Below, in pieces: positions 1 to 20,444 of a stretch of DNA of 64,000 nt. The position numbers and the translations under genes are program-made. Each line of letters begins with the position of its first letter. Position 1 is the first letter of the stretch. Source of the stretch: the human T2T-CHM13v2.0 reference genome, Homo sapiens; NCBI RefSeq assembly GCF_009914755.1, contig NC_060926.1; one strand, 5' to 3'. The notes beneath the pieces are model-generated. The model was not told the origin of the DNA. It did not search any database and worked only from the letters and a program-made list of their open reading frames with translations.

Positions 1-249
1 ATAATGTTTATCTCTTATTAACATCAGTCATGAATAAAATATTAAAGATACATATGGTGACAGAATAAGATGTAAATGTTACAAATTACAACAGGGTAAA
101 AGTAATGGCATAACTAAGAGAAGTTGGGGGAAGAAAGCAGAGACAGCAGAGGAGAGATGAAGGCAAGTATGGGAGGTTAATTTCTTAAAGATGGTCTAGC
201 CACCATCATTGCCTACGTGTAAATTTTATTCTCCTTCTTTCCAAATGGA

Positions 250-900
250 TGTTCCCAAGTTGACAGTGAAAAGAAACTCCCCAGGTGAAACAAAGCTTGG
301 CTGAGGAGCACTGAGCAGCCAGCTGTGGCACAGGAATGCTGGGGGGTTTCAGAGGATGTGACCACCAGAGGAAAGGGAGGGTCACAGGTATGGGATGGGC
401 AGGCTTTGCTTGTACAGGGACGGCAGAGGAGAAACACAGACACTGCAGTCCTGTTAAAGCTGCCAGCAAACTACCGCAAGGAAAAAAACCAAACACCGCA
501 TGTTCTCACTCATAGGTGGGAAATGAACAATGAGAACACATGGACACAGGAAGGGGAACATCACACACCGGGGCCTGTTGTGGGGTGGAGGGAGGGGGGA
601 GGGATAGCATTAGGAGATATACCTAATGTTAAATGACGAGTTACTGGATGCAGCACACCAACATGGCACATGTATACATATGTAACTAACATGCACATTG
701 TGCACATGTACCCTAAAACTTAAAGTATAATAAAAAATAATAATAATTAAAAAACAAAAAAAAGCTGCCACAGCAGCCCTGGGTGCCTGCCTTCAGACTT
801 TTTGTAATTCAAGCAAGAAATACATTTCTACTTTGTTTGAGCCACTGTTATTTTGTCTTATATATATATGCTATATATATGCAACCAAATCTAATTCCAT
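250..900 (+). mobile_element. Old MaLR LTR (MLT1-type), interrupted by a young L1 3' fragment
   Basis: MLT1-like 3' end 'cttcagacttttt...aagaaatacatttctactttgtttgagccactgttattttg...gcaaccaaatctaat'; the left boundary is approximate. Confidence 0.5.
466..760 (+). mobile_element. 5'-truncated young L1 (L1PA3/PA4-like) 3' end with poly(A)
   Basis: L1 ORF2 end and 3'UTR ('catgttctcactcataggtggg...ggagatatacctaatgttaaatgacgag...cttaaagtataataaaaaa'); 10-bp TSD aaagctgcca at 456-465 and 761-770; TT/AAAG endonuclease site. Confidence 0.95.
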
Positions 901-903
901 ATG

Positions 904-1268
904 TGATATGGTTTGGCTGTGTCCCCACCCAAATCTCATCTTGAACTGTGGCTCCCATAATCCCCATGTGTCATGGGAGGGACCCAGTGGGAGGTAATTG
1001 AATCATGGGGGTGGGTTTTTCCCGTGCTGTTCTAGTGATAGTGAATAAGTCTCATGAGATTTGATGGTTCTATAAAAGGGCAGTTCCCCTGCACATGCTC
1101 TCTTGCCTGCCACCACGTAAGATGTGCCTTTGGTCCTCCTTCACTTTCTGCTGTGATTGTGAGGCCTTCCCAGCCATGGGGAACTGTAAGTCCATCAAAC
1201 TTCTTTTTCTTTATAAATTACCCAGTCTCGGGTATTTCTTTACAGCAGTATGAAAATGGACTAATACA
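904..1268 (+). mobile_element. THE1 (MaLR) solo LTR
   Basis: Begins tgatatggtttggctgtgtccccacccaaatctcatcttgaa and ends ...gaaaatggactaataca, matching THE1 LTR termini. Confidence 0.93.
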
Positions 1269-1299
1269 GCATAACACACAATAAATTATCCATTGAAAC

Positions 1300-1410
1300 A
1301 TCCCTACAAGGGATAGCAACCCTATGAGGTGCAGAGCATCATTACCTTTACAGATGAGGAAACTGAGACACAGAGAGGTTAAGTTACTTGTCCAAGAAAA
1401 CATAGCTTTT
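1300..1410 (-). mobile_element. MIR SINE fragment
   Basis: MIR core 'tttacagatgaggaaactgagacacagagaggttaagttacttgtccaag'. Confidence 0.85.
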
Positions 1411-3131
1411 AAGAGGGAGAGCCAATGGGGCACGAATAATGGAGGAGAGGAGAAAAGGGTTGGTAAAATGGCTATTAGAATAAGGGCACAGGAACAGGCC
1501 CCTAGAGCAGCAGATTAATCCTCAGATTAATCCCGCTCTGAAAAATGTGCTGTCTTTACATTTTCTTTACATTTCATCCAATGAGAATATTAGTCCTGAA
1601 TTACCCGGTAAGTTCTTTAGAAATATATCGCGCATGTGAAAACAGGATCCTGAACTCTACTGCCTCTAGTTAAAAAAAAAAAAAAAAAAAGGAACACAAA
1701 TAGCAGATTTTAGAGAGCAAAAAAGCAGCAGCTTTAGCATATTCTGAATAATTGGCAGTTCTCTTTAAGATTGAGCAGCACTGTCTCTGTTTTCACTGTC
1801 CTTTCAAAAATGTATTAATTTTCTTGCTTTACTAAGTATAAGGAAGTGAAAATTTTATTTGGCAAATGATAATCTAGAAACTGCTTCAGGCCATTACACC
1901 AAATAAAACAGTCAGCTTGGGAATGAAGAGGTCTGTGTTCTAGGTCCAGCTCAGCCCTGATGAGCCCGAAGCTTTAGACATTACAATTTATATCCGGTTC
2001 CCTGTATCCTCATTTATTTAAAAAGATGGTTGGACTTTAGGTAATGTTTGGATGACATTTTCCAAAGCCTTTTTTAGCCCCAATTCTCAATGACTCTGAG
2101 AGTAATTATATTGTCTACACATGAAGAAAACGTGGAAGGCATATCCTGAAAGGTGTTTTATGCCTTTTTAACTCCCTGTGATGAAGTTGTTTAATTGATT
2201 CTGTTACCCTGCCCCACTCCCCCACAAAACGATGGAGCATAGTAAAAACACTGCAGATTAATGGAGGCTTCTGATTATTTAGGAGCTGCTTAAATAGGAC
2301 CTTACTATAACGCTATTTACAATGAGGCCTGGGAAAATTGGTGGGCTTACGGTTACAGCCTTAATAATTTGCCTTAATAGATTTAACCTAAAATAACAGG
2401 CTGAAAGGACAAATAAAATTAGCAGTTTCCTGGATAATTCCTGGATAAATGTAAGTGTTAAATCCTTTTGAAAAAAGATACAAGTTAGTAGCTATGGTTC
2501 AAAAGAGACATAGATGGGAAATGGCTAAGGTTACTCTGCCCCTAATTAAGGGCTTGGCAAAGTTCTGACTCCTGTAGCCTGCCTCACTCTGGGCTGTTCT
2601 GCTTCGTTTCTTGGAGTGTTAGGTGTCAGAGTGACTAATGTCTTTCTTTGTGGGCAATCTCTCCCAGATGGAACTTTGCCAAGAATCCAGAAATAGGCAA
2701 AAAGGGGGAAAAAAATTCTCTCAGGAGCCCAAAGAGCAATAGAGAATATGAACATGGCTTGTGTCCTTAATACAATCTCATTCATTCATGCAAGTGCCTC
2801 CTTTTTTGCTGACTGTGGAACACAAAAAGAATTAGAAGCTACAGAAGATATTGCCATGTCGGGCATCAGAGAAATGACTGTCCGTGTAGTCTGTATTGCT
2901 GACACTTCAGCTTCCCATCAACACAAGGGTGTCTTTTTATAAAGTTGTGTTTACTTTGTACATTGGTTCAGTACTTATTTCAGTAATTTTCATGTTCATC
3001 CTTATTCTGTACCTTTGCCTCCAAAACTTCCCTCCTTATGTTTCTTTGTTGTTAACTTCCCACAATGTTTGTTTAGAATTGCTCAGCAGCAGGAGACACT
3101 CCCAGCAGCAAATGCCCACATTACAAGGCAG

Positions 3132-3135
<4 letters not shown>

Positions 3136-3164
<29 letters not shown>
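3136..3164. repeat. poly(T) tract
   Basis: Uninterrupted run of ~29 T. Confidence 0.95.
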
Positions 3165-3167
<3 letters not shown>

Positions 3168-3694
3168 TCCTCACATCTGGCAAGGAAGGCCTCTGCTGCT
3201 TTCATTTCACAGAATAATATACAACCAACAAGGACTATTTCCAACTCTTCATAAAAGCCCCTCTCCATCAAGAGGGAACTTAAGGCTTAGTGGTCATGGA
3301 GGCCACAACTGGTCAGCATTGGCTCCTTCCTATGAGACAATGAGGGAGAGTAGGGCAAGGCTTGACTTAGTGCTATTCCAGGAGGCATGTTCACTTCCAG
3401 GGCTTGACAGATTAAACTCATATTACTACTTCAAGCACTTGTCATCAACCTTGCATAAACATCCTTGCCCAGTTATTTTCAAAGAACAAGATCCCAATTG
3501 CAAAGGCAGCCAGAAGATCCACAATGGACTCTCCAACATGCTACTTATGGAATAACAAAGGCAGGAGCAATGCCATCATCTCTGGATTCACTGCTTAAAA
3601 AAAACCAAAAAAACAAAAAAAAAAAACAAAAAAAACGAAATCACTTAATTCTCCTGCAAAATGGCCCAAAAATGTTTCCAATGAGTTTTAAAAA

Positions 3695-5878
<2,184 letters not shown>

Positions 5879-6018
5879 CTCAAAGAATTTTGAATTGTAT
5901 GACCCTATTGAAGCTGTTCTTTAGTTCTTGACTCCCTACAATAAAAATTGAGCAAGATTGATAAAGAGAGAGCACCACAGATTAATATTAACTTGGATTT
6001 GGCTAGTGGGTTACTATC

Positions 6019-6471
6019 TGTATTAGTTTCCTAGGGCTGCCATAGCAAATTACCACAAAGTAGGCAGCTTAAAACATCAGAAATGTATACTCTTCTTGTC
6101 TGGAGACCTTGAAATCAAGGTGTTAGCAAGGTCACGATCCCTCTAAAGCAATAAGAGATCATCCTTCCTTGCCTCTGCCAGTTTCTGTGGCTCCAGGTAA
6201 CCCTGGCCTGTGACAGCATAACTCCAATCACTGCTTTTATCTTCACATGGTCTTTTTCTCTGTGTACTCTACCCTTCTCTTTTTATATAAGGACACTTGC
6301 CGTTGGATTTAGGGCCCAACATAATCCAGGATGATCTCATCTCAAGATGCCTAACTTAATTACATCTGCAAAGACCTTTTTTCAAGTAAGGTCACATTCA
6401 CAGGTTCCAAGTAGACATATCTTTTTTTTTTTCAAGGAGAAATGGGGGTAAGCCCCATTCAATCCACTACA
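6019..6471 (-). mobile_element. MLT1 (MLT1C-like) MaLR solo LTR
   Basis: Starts tgtattagtttcctagggctgccatagcaaattaccacaa and contains 'ggatttagggccc...taattacatctgcaaagacc...aggtcacattcacagg'; ends ccactaca. Confidence 0.88.
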
Positions 6472-6967
6472 TTATGTAATTTCTCGAATTAGATTGCATC
6501 CATTTCAGAAAGCTTTGTACTACACGGTATAACAGCAGTAACCTGGATGTCAGTTGAGGTCTTCCTTCTCTTTAAGATACAAATGTGATTTTCTAGAATC
6601 CTGATTCTATGCCTAGGAAAGTCTAATCTATCTCCAGGTTTTCTGCAAATTTCAGAGTGGGGCAAGAGAAAAGGAGAACAAACTCTACTGAATAAATACA
6701 GTTCATAAATTATCTGCCGCTTGTCTCTTTCTTTTGTCTTATGTTTTAAATTTTATTTTATTTAAGTTCCAGGGTACATATGCAGGATGTGCATCTCTGT
6801 TACACAGGTAAACATGTGCCATAGTGGTTTGCTGCACCTATCAACCCATTACCTAAATATTAAGCCCAGTATGCCTTAGCTATTTTTCCTGATGCTCTCC
6901 CTTCCCCCTACTCCCAACAGGCTCCAGTATGTGTTGTTCCCTCCCTGTGTCCATGTATTCTCATTAT

Positions 6968-11056
<4,089 letters not shown>

Positions 11057-11119
11057 CATGATGCTGGCTAGTTATTTTTCAGACTTGTTAATGTAGTTTT
11101 TTCATAGGGTTATTGGTCT

Positions 11120-12144
11120 GTGTACTTCAGTGTGTTTTTGTAGAGGCTGGTAACAGTTTTTTCTTTCCATATTCAATGCTTCCTGAGGAGCTCTTGCAAG
11201 GCAGGCCTGGTGGTGATGAATTCCCTCAGCATTTGCTTGTCTGAAAATGATTTTGTTTATCTTTTGCTTATGAAGCTTAGTTTGGCCAGATATGAAATTC
11301 TGGGTTGGAAATTCTTTTCTTTAAGAATGTTGAATATTGTCCTCCAATCTCTTCTGGTTTGTAGGGTTTCTGCTGAGAGGTCCACTGTTAGTTTGATGGG
11401 ATTCCCTTTGTAGGTGACCTGGCCTTTCTCTCTGTCTGCTCTTGACATTTTTTCCTTCATTCTGACCTTGGAAAATCTGATGATTATGTGTCTTTGGGTT
11501 TATCTTCTCATAGAGTATCTTACTGGGGTTCTCTGGATTTCCTGAATTTGAATGTTGGCCTGTCTTGCTAGGCTGGGGAAGTGCTCCTGGATGATATCCT
11601 GAAGTATGTTTTCCAACTTGGTTCCATTCTCCCAATCTCTTTTAGGTACCCCAATCATTCATAGGTTAGGTCTTTTTATATAATCCCATAATTCTCGGAG
11701 GTTTTGTTTGTTCCTTTTTATTCATTGTTGTCTAATTTTGTCTGCCTGTCATATTTCAGCAAGATAATCTTCAAGCTCTGAGATTCTCTCCTCTGCTTGG
11801 TCTATTCAGCTATTGATACTTGTGGTTGCATTGTGACGTTCTCGTGTTGTGCTTTTTAGCTCCATCAGGTCATTTATGTTCCTCTCTAAAATGGTTATTC
11901 TGGTTAACAGCTCATGTAATGTTTTATCATCATTCTTAGCTTCTTTGCATTGGGTTAGAATATACCCCTTTAACTCAGTGAAGTTCACTATTACCCACCT
12001 TGTGAAGTCTACTTCTGTCAATTCATCCATCTCAGCCTCAGCCCAGTTCTGTGCCCTTGCTGGAGAGGTGTTGCAATCATTTGGAGGAGAAGAGGCAGTC
12101 TGACTTTTTTATTTGTCCATGTTTTTGCGCTGATTTTTTCTCAT
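11120..12144 (-). pseudogene. L1 ORF1 remnant (frameshifted)
   Basis: Probable ATG at 12144; fragments DELTEVDFTRWVIVNF...NINDLMELK and GQVTYKGNPIKLTVDLSAETLQ...KNFQPRISY are L1 ORF1p motifs. Confidence 0.9.
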
Positions 12145-13881
12145 CTTCATAGGTTTATCTACCTTTGATCTTTGAGGCTGCTGACATTTTGTTGGGATTT
12201 TTGTGGGTTCTTTTTTGTTGATATTGTTGTTGTTATTGTTGTTGTTGCTTTCTGTTTGTTTGTTTTTCTTTTAAAAGTCAGGCTCCTCTTCCATAGAGCT
12301 GCTGTGGTCTGCTGGTGGTCCACTGCAGAGCCTATTCACCTGGGCCCCTCCTGCACCTGGAGGTATCACCAATGGAGGCTTCAGAACAGCAAAGATGGCT
12401 TCCTTGTCCTTCCTGTGGGATCTCTGTCCCAGAGGGGCACCAAGCTGATGCTGGTGGGAACACTCCTGTATAAGGTGTTTGACAACCTCTATTGGGAGGT
12501 CTCACCCAGTAAGGAGGCATGGGATCCAGAACCCACTTAATGAAGCATTCTGGCTGCCCCTTGACAGATGGGATGCACTGTGCTGGGGGAATCCCACTTG
12601 TCCAGACTGCCTGGATTCCTCAGAGCCAGCAGAGGAAAAGACTAAGTCTTCTGAACCAGAAACCATGGCCACCCCTCCCCACAGGGGCTCTGTCCAAGGG
12701 AAATCAGAGTTCTGTCTGTAAACCCCTGGTTGGAGTGGCTGAAATTCTCAAAGGAAGGCCCCACTGGTGAGGAGGAATGGATCCAGGTCCTACCTAAAGA
12801 AGCAGTCTGGTCACAATCTGCCACAGCCGCTGTGCTGCACTGTAGGGAATTCCTTCTGGTCCAAACTGCCCAGTCCCCCCAGCACCAGCAGGGGAAAATA
12901 GCCCACTGGAGCTGCAGTGATGGCAGCCTCCCCTCCCTCAGAGAACTTGATCATCTTAGGCAGTCTCCAGCATATGTGAGAGGCCACCAAGAGTCTGCAC
13001 AGCTCTGTGCTTGGGACCCAAGGCCCTGGTGGTGTGGACTCACAAGGGGATCTCCTGATCCATGGTTTGCACAGATCTGTGGCAAAAGTGTGGCTTCCCT
13101 AACAGGGTAGCACAGTCACCCACCACCTCCTTTAGCTGGGGATGGGAGTTCCCCTTACCCTGTGAGGCTCCCAGCTGGGTAGTTGTTCACCCTACTTTTC
13201 CTCACTCTCCGTGGGTTGTGCTAACTGCCTAGTCAGTCCCAGTGAGAGAACCTGGATACCTCAGCTGAAGCTGTAGGATTCACTTGCTGTTTTTGTTCTC
13301 AGTGGGAGCCACAGACTGGAGCTGCTTCTAATCAGCCATCTCAGATCCTTCCCATCCCTTGCCTTATCAATCCAGAAACAGAATTTGGCCTCAATTAAAA
13401 ATAATCACTCTTAAAGAGCTTTTACATAAATAATAGATTTTACTGAATTATCAATAATGAAGGGGTTGAACATATAAAGGCAACCCATTTAAATCAAATA
13501 TAAGAAATTCCTGTTCTTAAATTCTTCACCCACATACCCGTGTGACTTGGCCATCATCTCTCTCATTTCCCTTTAACTGCCACACTCCCATTCCTATTTA
13601 TTTCTTGGCAGAACAAGTTCATTGTCTATTTTCTTCCCTCCTTCAGCAAGCCCTGCCCTCAGGGGCTCACTTTTTATCCTGGGATCTTATTAACCGATTT
13701 AAACTGACTTCCTTTTAGGGACAGTTCTCAGTTGAAGAAGAATTCTAGTATCAGCTATCAAGATTCTAATTCTGCCTTCCCCCATGCTCTACTATAAATC
13801 ACTTACAATCTATTAGAAAGAGTTTTTAAGGTGATTTTTTAAAGTTGTGCATCAACTACAAATCAAAACTTCCATGGTAAC

Positions 13882-14177
13882 TTTTTTTTTTTTTTGAGAC
13901 GGGGTCTTGCTCTGTCGCCCAGACTGGAGTGCAGTGGTGCAATCTTGGCTCACTGCAACCTCTGCTCCTGGGTTCATGCCATTCTCCTGCCTCAGCCACC
14001 TGAGTAGCTGGGACTATAGGCTCCCGCCACCATGCCTGGCTAATTTTTTTTGTATTTTTAGTAGAGACGGGGTTTCACTGTGTTGGTCAGGATGGTCTCG
14101 ATCTCCTGACCTCGTGATCCGCCCACCTCAGCCTCCCAAAGTGCTGGGATTACAGGCGTGAGCCACCATGCCCAGCC
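13882..14177 (-). mobile_element. Full-length Alu (AluSc/Sc8/Y-like)
   Basis: Dimeric Alu with 'ggatggtctcgatctcctgacctcgtgatcc'; TSD tggtaac at 13875-13881 and 14178-14184. Confidence 0.95.
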
Positions 14178-14926
14178 TGGTAACAATGTTTCTAAGGGAA
14201 AACTCAGAATGAAATTTACCACTTTTACTTTATAAAACTTATACCAGGGTTGCTCTTTAGACAATGCAAAGTGGGAGAGAGGGAAATGAGCACAAGGAAG
14301 AGTGGGTATTATAGATAGGAGGAGTTGTTACCATGAATGCAATGGAACTTGAGCTATCATTTGATCACATTGAGCATGTACTGATTCCTCCTCGGAGCCA
14401 CAAGTCATTTGCTTCCTTAAAAGAATATTTGAGCCTAAATCAAAGCCTATGAGCTGCAAACACAGAATGACAATAAATGAACATCAGGGCATGATTGATT
14501 AATATGTGCTTATTTCCCAGGTTTCCAACAGCTTTAGGCTAACGGCTAAAAGTGCCAACCCCAGGATGAAGTTTGTCCTGCCAGATAATCAGGGAAGGAC
14601 TCAGAGGAAAAAGCATGAAGCAGCAGCTGTTGTCAAAAATATGGGTCGACTATACAATACTAAGTGCTGAGGCAAAGAGCCAGGGCCACTGAGGGAATGA
14701 GCTTCACTTCCTCCTGGTAAGCTACTCTGCGATGAGATGACGGAATACATGACATTTGGAAAATAAAAAGTTGAATATATAGAGAACATAACATGTACAA
14801 TCTTTTAAAATACATGGGTTCAACATGTGAGTATGTATTTCTAAAGTCCATTCCTTACTCAAGCCACTGATGCTGATGGCATTGTAGCTTAAATAAAGAT
14901 GGAAGAATAAATGGCAAACTTCCAAT

Positions 14927-17004
14927 AAGGATGCCCTCTCTCACCACTCCTATCCAACACAGTATTGGAAGTTCTGGCCAGGGCAATCAGGCAAGAGAAA
15001 GAAATAAAAGGTGTTCAAATAGGAAGACAGGAAGTCAAATTGTCTCTGTTTGTGGATGACATGATTGTATATTTAGAAAACCCCAACGTCTCAGCCCAAA
15101 AATTCTTCAAGCTGATAAGCAACTTCAGCAAAGTCTCAGGATTCAAAATCAATGTGCAAAAATCACAAGCATTTCTATACACCAATAACAGACAAACAGA
15201 GAGCCAAATAATGAGTGACTTCCCATTCACAATTGCTACAGAGAGAATAAAATACCTAGGAATACAACTTACAAGGGATGTGAAGGACCTCTTCAAGGAG
15301 AACTACAAACCACTGCTCAAGGAAATATTATAGGATGCAAACAAATGGAAAAAAAATTCCATGCTCATGGATAGGAAGAATCAAGAGTGAAAATGGCCAT
15401 AATGCCCAAAGTAATTTATAGATTCAATGCTAGTCCCATCAAGCTACCATTGACTTTCTTCACAGAATTGGAAAAAACTACTTTAAATTTTATACGGAAC
15501 CAAAAGAGAGCCCATATAGCCAAGACAATCCTAAGCAAAAAGAACAAAGCTAGAGACATCATGCTACCTGACCTCAAACTATACTACCAGGCTACAGTAA
15601 CCAAAGCAGCATGGTACTGGTACCAAAACAGATATATAGACCAATGGAACAGAACAGAGGCCTCAGAAATAACACCACACATCCACAACCATCTGATCTT
15701 CCACAAACCTGACAAGAACAACAATGGGGAAAGGATTCCCTATTTAATAAATGGTGCTGGGAAAACTGGCTAGACATATGCAGAAAACTGAAACTGGACC
15801 CCTTCCTTATACCTTATACAAAAATTAACTTAAGATGCACTAAAGACTTAAATGTAAAACACAAAACCATAAAAACCCTAGAAGAAAACCTGGGTAATAC
15901 ATTGGCATGGGCAAAGATTTCATGATGAAAACACCAAAAGCAACTGCAACGAAAGCAAAAATTGACCAATGAGATCTAATTAAACTATAGAGCTTCTGCA
16001 CAGCAAAAGAAACTATAATCAGGGTTAATAGGCAATCTACAGAATAGGAGAAAATTTTTGCAATCTATCCACCTGACAAAGGTCTAATATCCAGAATCTA
16101 CAAGGAACTTAAACAAATTTATAAGAAAAAAACAAACAACCCCATCAAAAAGTGGGCAAAGGATATGAACAGACACTTCTCAAAAGAAGACATTTATGCA
16201 GCCAACAAACATGTGAAAAAAAAGCTCATCTTCACTGGTCATTAGAGAAATGCAAATCAAAACCACAATGAGATGCCATCTCATGCAAGTTAGAATGGCA
16301 ATCATTAAAAAGTCAGGAAACAACAGATGCTGGCAAGGATGTGAAGAAATAGGAACACTTTTACACTGTTGGTGGGTGTGTAAATTAGCTCAACCATTGT
16401 GGAAGACAGAGTGGCGATTCCCCAAGGATCTAGAACCAGGAATACCATTTGACCCAGCAATCCCATTACTGGGTATATACCCAAAGGATTATAAATCATT
16501 CTGCTATAAAGACACATGCACATGTATGTTTATTGCAGCACTATTTATAATAGCAAAGACTTGGAACTAACCTAAATGCCCATCAGTGATAGACTGGATA
16601 AAGAAAATGTGGCACATATACACCATGGAATACTATGCAGCCATAACAAAGAATGAGTTCATATCCTTTGCAGGGACATGGATGAAGCTGGATACTATCA
16701 TTCTCAGCAAACTAACACAAGAACAGAAAACCAAACACTGCATGTTCTCACTCACAAGTGGGAGTTGAACAATGAGATCACATGGACACAGGGAGGGGAA
16801 CATCACACACCAGGGCCTGTCGAGGGGTTGGGGTAAAGGGAAGAAAGAGCAATGGGACAAACACCTAACACATGTGGGGCTTAAAACCTAGATGATGGGT
16901 TGATAGGTGTAGCAAACCACCATGGCACATGTATACCAATGTAACAAACCTGTACATTCTACACATGTATCCCAGAACTTAAAGGAAAATAAAAAAATGT
17001 TTTA
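14927..17004 (+). mobile_element. 5'-truncated L1 (L1PA7-like): ORF2 3' half plus 3'UTR
   Basis: ORF2 fragments ([15 protein letters not shown]-like, HCWW); 3'UTR 'ggcttaaaacctagatg'; degenerate TSD aaatggca(a/t)acttc(c)aat at 14909-14926 and 17005-17021. Confidence 0.95.
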
Positions 17005-17250
17005 AAATGGCATACTTCAATGACCAACCTAATTGAGAGAATTTATTTCCAAGGAAAGACAGTTAAAAGGTGAAGAAATTGAAGTTAGGAACAATGTAAT
17101 TAGACAGATGACTTGCACCCTCACATATCACTCATCATTAACATAACAGTTGTGCCCCCTAGGAATTTTGAGTTCACTGAACAGATTACAATAGGTAAGG
17201 GTTTAAAGAGAGAATTAAGAGCTAATAAATTATCCACCAGGAAAAATCCC

Positions 17251-17549
<299 letters not shown>

Positions 17550-17989
17550 CTATTCCAGCTCTGTGCTATCAGATAAGACTACTGTTACACTGTTTCTTAA
17601 AGAGAAGAAACAATTTTTGTTTTTTCAAAGTCTCCAGGAGGGAAATCCACAATTATCCTAGGTCTAATAATCCTCACACCAAATCCAATTTAACATGTTC
17701 ACTGTTCTCTCCTGCTTCTGTCTCTGTAGAGAGAGAACATTGATCTTCATATGGAAAGAATATTATCAAGTTCACTCTCAGCCTCCTTTTGGCCTTTTTT
17801 CCTAGACCTTCTTTTCTACTTCTCTAATCTTCATTCACCTCCTTGAAACTCTCTTTCATGTTCTTCACATTTCACTCTAACTGTGAAGTCCAAATATGAG
17901 TTGTCCTCCAGGAAATTTCTATAGACCACCTCAAGGGACTATCACTCCTAATCTCTTAAACAAAAAGTTAACAAGTCTTGGGAACTCCC

Positions 17990-19300
17990 CGGTTTGTTCA
18001 ATTCCACAAGTATTTATCAAGCATTCATATGGGTGAGGCATTGTACTAAATTCTAGAAAAGACAGACATTGGCATAAAAAAGTAGGAATAATTCTGATAT
18101 TGTAATAACAAAAAAGTAGAAATGATTTTGATGTCCATCAATAGGCAAAATGAACTCAGTTACATCTCTTCCTGGAATGTTACAGGGCAGTCATAAAATG
18201 AGGTAGATCTATGGGTATTGACATAAAAAGATCTCCAGGACATATCACTGAATGAAAAAAAAAGTTTCAGAATAAAAGTGCTAAAAGCCAACACATAGAC
18301 TTCCTGACATGTATACACAAAATAAACATATTTCAGTAGTTACATGTGAAAATATATTAAAAAAGGAAAAGGTCTCAAATAATGCACCCTAACCCATCGA
18401 ACCCATGATCATTGGTTACCCAAGAGATTGAAATTAGGATAAGTGATCAAGGGACAATTAACTCTCTCCATACTACTTGAACATTCTTTTTATGGCAAAG
18501 GGAATGTATGTTCTATTCCATAACTAATAATAATTCTTTTTTTATTTAAAAGACTAGCATGACTCCTAACTTCAATTTGTTCACAATTGAGTTGGGGTGG
18601 GGTGGAGAAGAAGACAGGGAAATTATTAATTCTAACCTACAAAGCACCATAGAGCTGGACAGAAGAGCATCTGTGTCAGCTGACAGGTACAGACTATTAG
18701 AGGGAAGAACAGAACATATCCCCCAAAGAGGCTTCATGGAGAAGGTGGTGTTTGCCATAAGCACAGAATGATGGAAAGGATGCAAATGCCAGGATACTGA
18801 GGCTGGGAGATAGTTTAAGCTGGGAGGATAGCATGAGAAGAGGCCAATCAGCAGGAAAGCGTAAGGCAGGCACTGCTCATTTGCTACGCCATAGAAGATT
18901 TGTGAGAAAAGGAATTATATATTTAGGCATGTAGCTGAAGAATGTCAATTCAACCACAGTGTGAAGAGTACCATAGACTGGACAGAGGCTGGTAATGGTG
19001 CAAGCAAGAAGACCTGCCCAGAAGAGTAGAAATAGGAATAGACAGAAAAGAGATGCCTGAGAAGTTAAGTTATGGGTATTAGGTAAGGGAGCTGGCAGAA
19101 TCAAATATTGCCAAGGCATAAGGCCCAAAAGAGCATCACTGGAAATCTAAATGTGAAGTATTCAGAAAGATGTCTCATCAGTGGAGCTACTGTATCTAGG
19201 AAAGCAGGAAGAGAGATGGTAGTTCAAACCACATGACATGGAATTAGAAACCATCAATGTCAGGTGCTGAAAGAATGCCCTTAGGACAGTAACAACAGGC
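17990..19300. mobile_element. Degenerate L2 pieces interrupted by an old L1ME-like 3' fragment (~18080-18540)
   Basis: L2-like 'ttcaattccacaagtatttatcaagc...ggcattgtactaaattctag' and 'ggcttcatggagaaggtgg'; L1M-like 'tgtccatcaatagg...gaggtagatctatgggtattgacat'. Confidence 0.55.
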
Positions 19301-19329
19301 AAGTTCTTCCTGCTCCGTATGCAGAAGCA

Positions 19330-19620
19330 CAGCAACTCAAAATGTGGTCCGCAGATCTGTGCCAGTCCACAAGCTTTATGTTACACATACATGACGAGAT
19401 GGAAATTAAATTTAAGCAAAGCATTTAGAAACCTTTATATAAAAATTTAACATTTTATGTTTATTGGGTCTAATTTTTTTCATTGCACTTATATTTTTGT
19501 CTTTTTAATTTCTTTTTTTGGCAATTCATTTTTATTGCATTTTATAAAGATTTCAACCCACAATGGATTGAAGGAAAAAAAAAAACTGTCTTCCACCAAA
19601 AATAGTTTGAGAGGTGCCAT
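19330..19620. mobile_element. hAT-Charlie DNA transposon relic (Charlie4-like)
   Basis: 'ctcaaaatgtggtccgcaga...agcatttagaaacctttata...ccaccaaaaatagtttgaga' resembles Charlie4 non-autonomous elements. Confidence 0.65.
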
Positions 19621-20444
19621 TGGGAAGTATGCTTCAAACATAAAGATTATAAAGTTCTGTTAATTTATTATTTCATTTTATCCTGAAAAAATCTTCAAAT
19701 AAGTAGGGCAAGCCTGGTTTCCTGAATTTTACTTGAGGTAAGATCTAGAGGGTGTTTACAAATGATCTTCCAGTCACACAAAAACGTAGGCAGTGGAAGG
19801 CAGGTCTGGAAAGCAGAATTTCTGACTCTGAGCCAAAGAGTCTCTAGCAGCTCATACAGCATTGCGGGTGGATGCTGAAACTGCTTTTTAAGAGACAGAT
19901 TAACCATTTTGCTTTATACAACATACAATGTGTACTGCAGTGATTCTTAGAAGCAAATTTAAGGTACCATTAGACAGAGAAGAAAAGCTTCCAACTTTTT
20001 TACTTTCTTTAACTCTAGGATTTCAAATGAATCAATTTCAAGTGGATTCAAACAATATTTTGAATCAATTACTAATGATTTTATTGTAGGCAGGATATTT
20101 GGAGATTATCAAAATTATCTAAATATCCCATTTTTCAGAAACTTTTCCTTTAGAGTCAATAAGTTATCTTTAAATATCTTTAAATCAATAAGTCTCAAAA
20201 GTTATCTTTAAATCAAATGTTTAAATTATTATTATTCTGGACCCAACAAATTTAAATGACACATGATCACCAAAGGCAGTGAACATGCTGGTATTTCAAA
20301 TAGCACCCAGAATGACTGGTTCCTGAGAATACAGAATTATAAAGTTCAGATTTTGCTTATACTCAGAAATTGTGAAAGAAAAAGGATAGAGTTTGCTAAG
20401 GGGATTCACTGATCTCCCAGACAATGAAAGAACTCCAGCAAAAT

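Noticed and set aside
2896-3555. 219-aa ORF, the longest in the track
   Set aside because: Non-ATG start, runs through a poly(T) tract giving poly-Phe, and has no recognisable domain; a chance ORF.
13907-14161. Alu-derived ORFs here and at 5316, 17327-17661, 35710, 47915, 49482, 51128-51565 and 62459-62999
   Set aside because: Typical spurious Alu translations.
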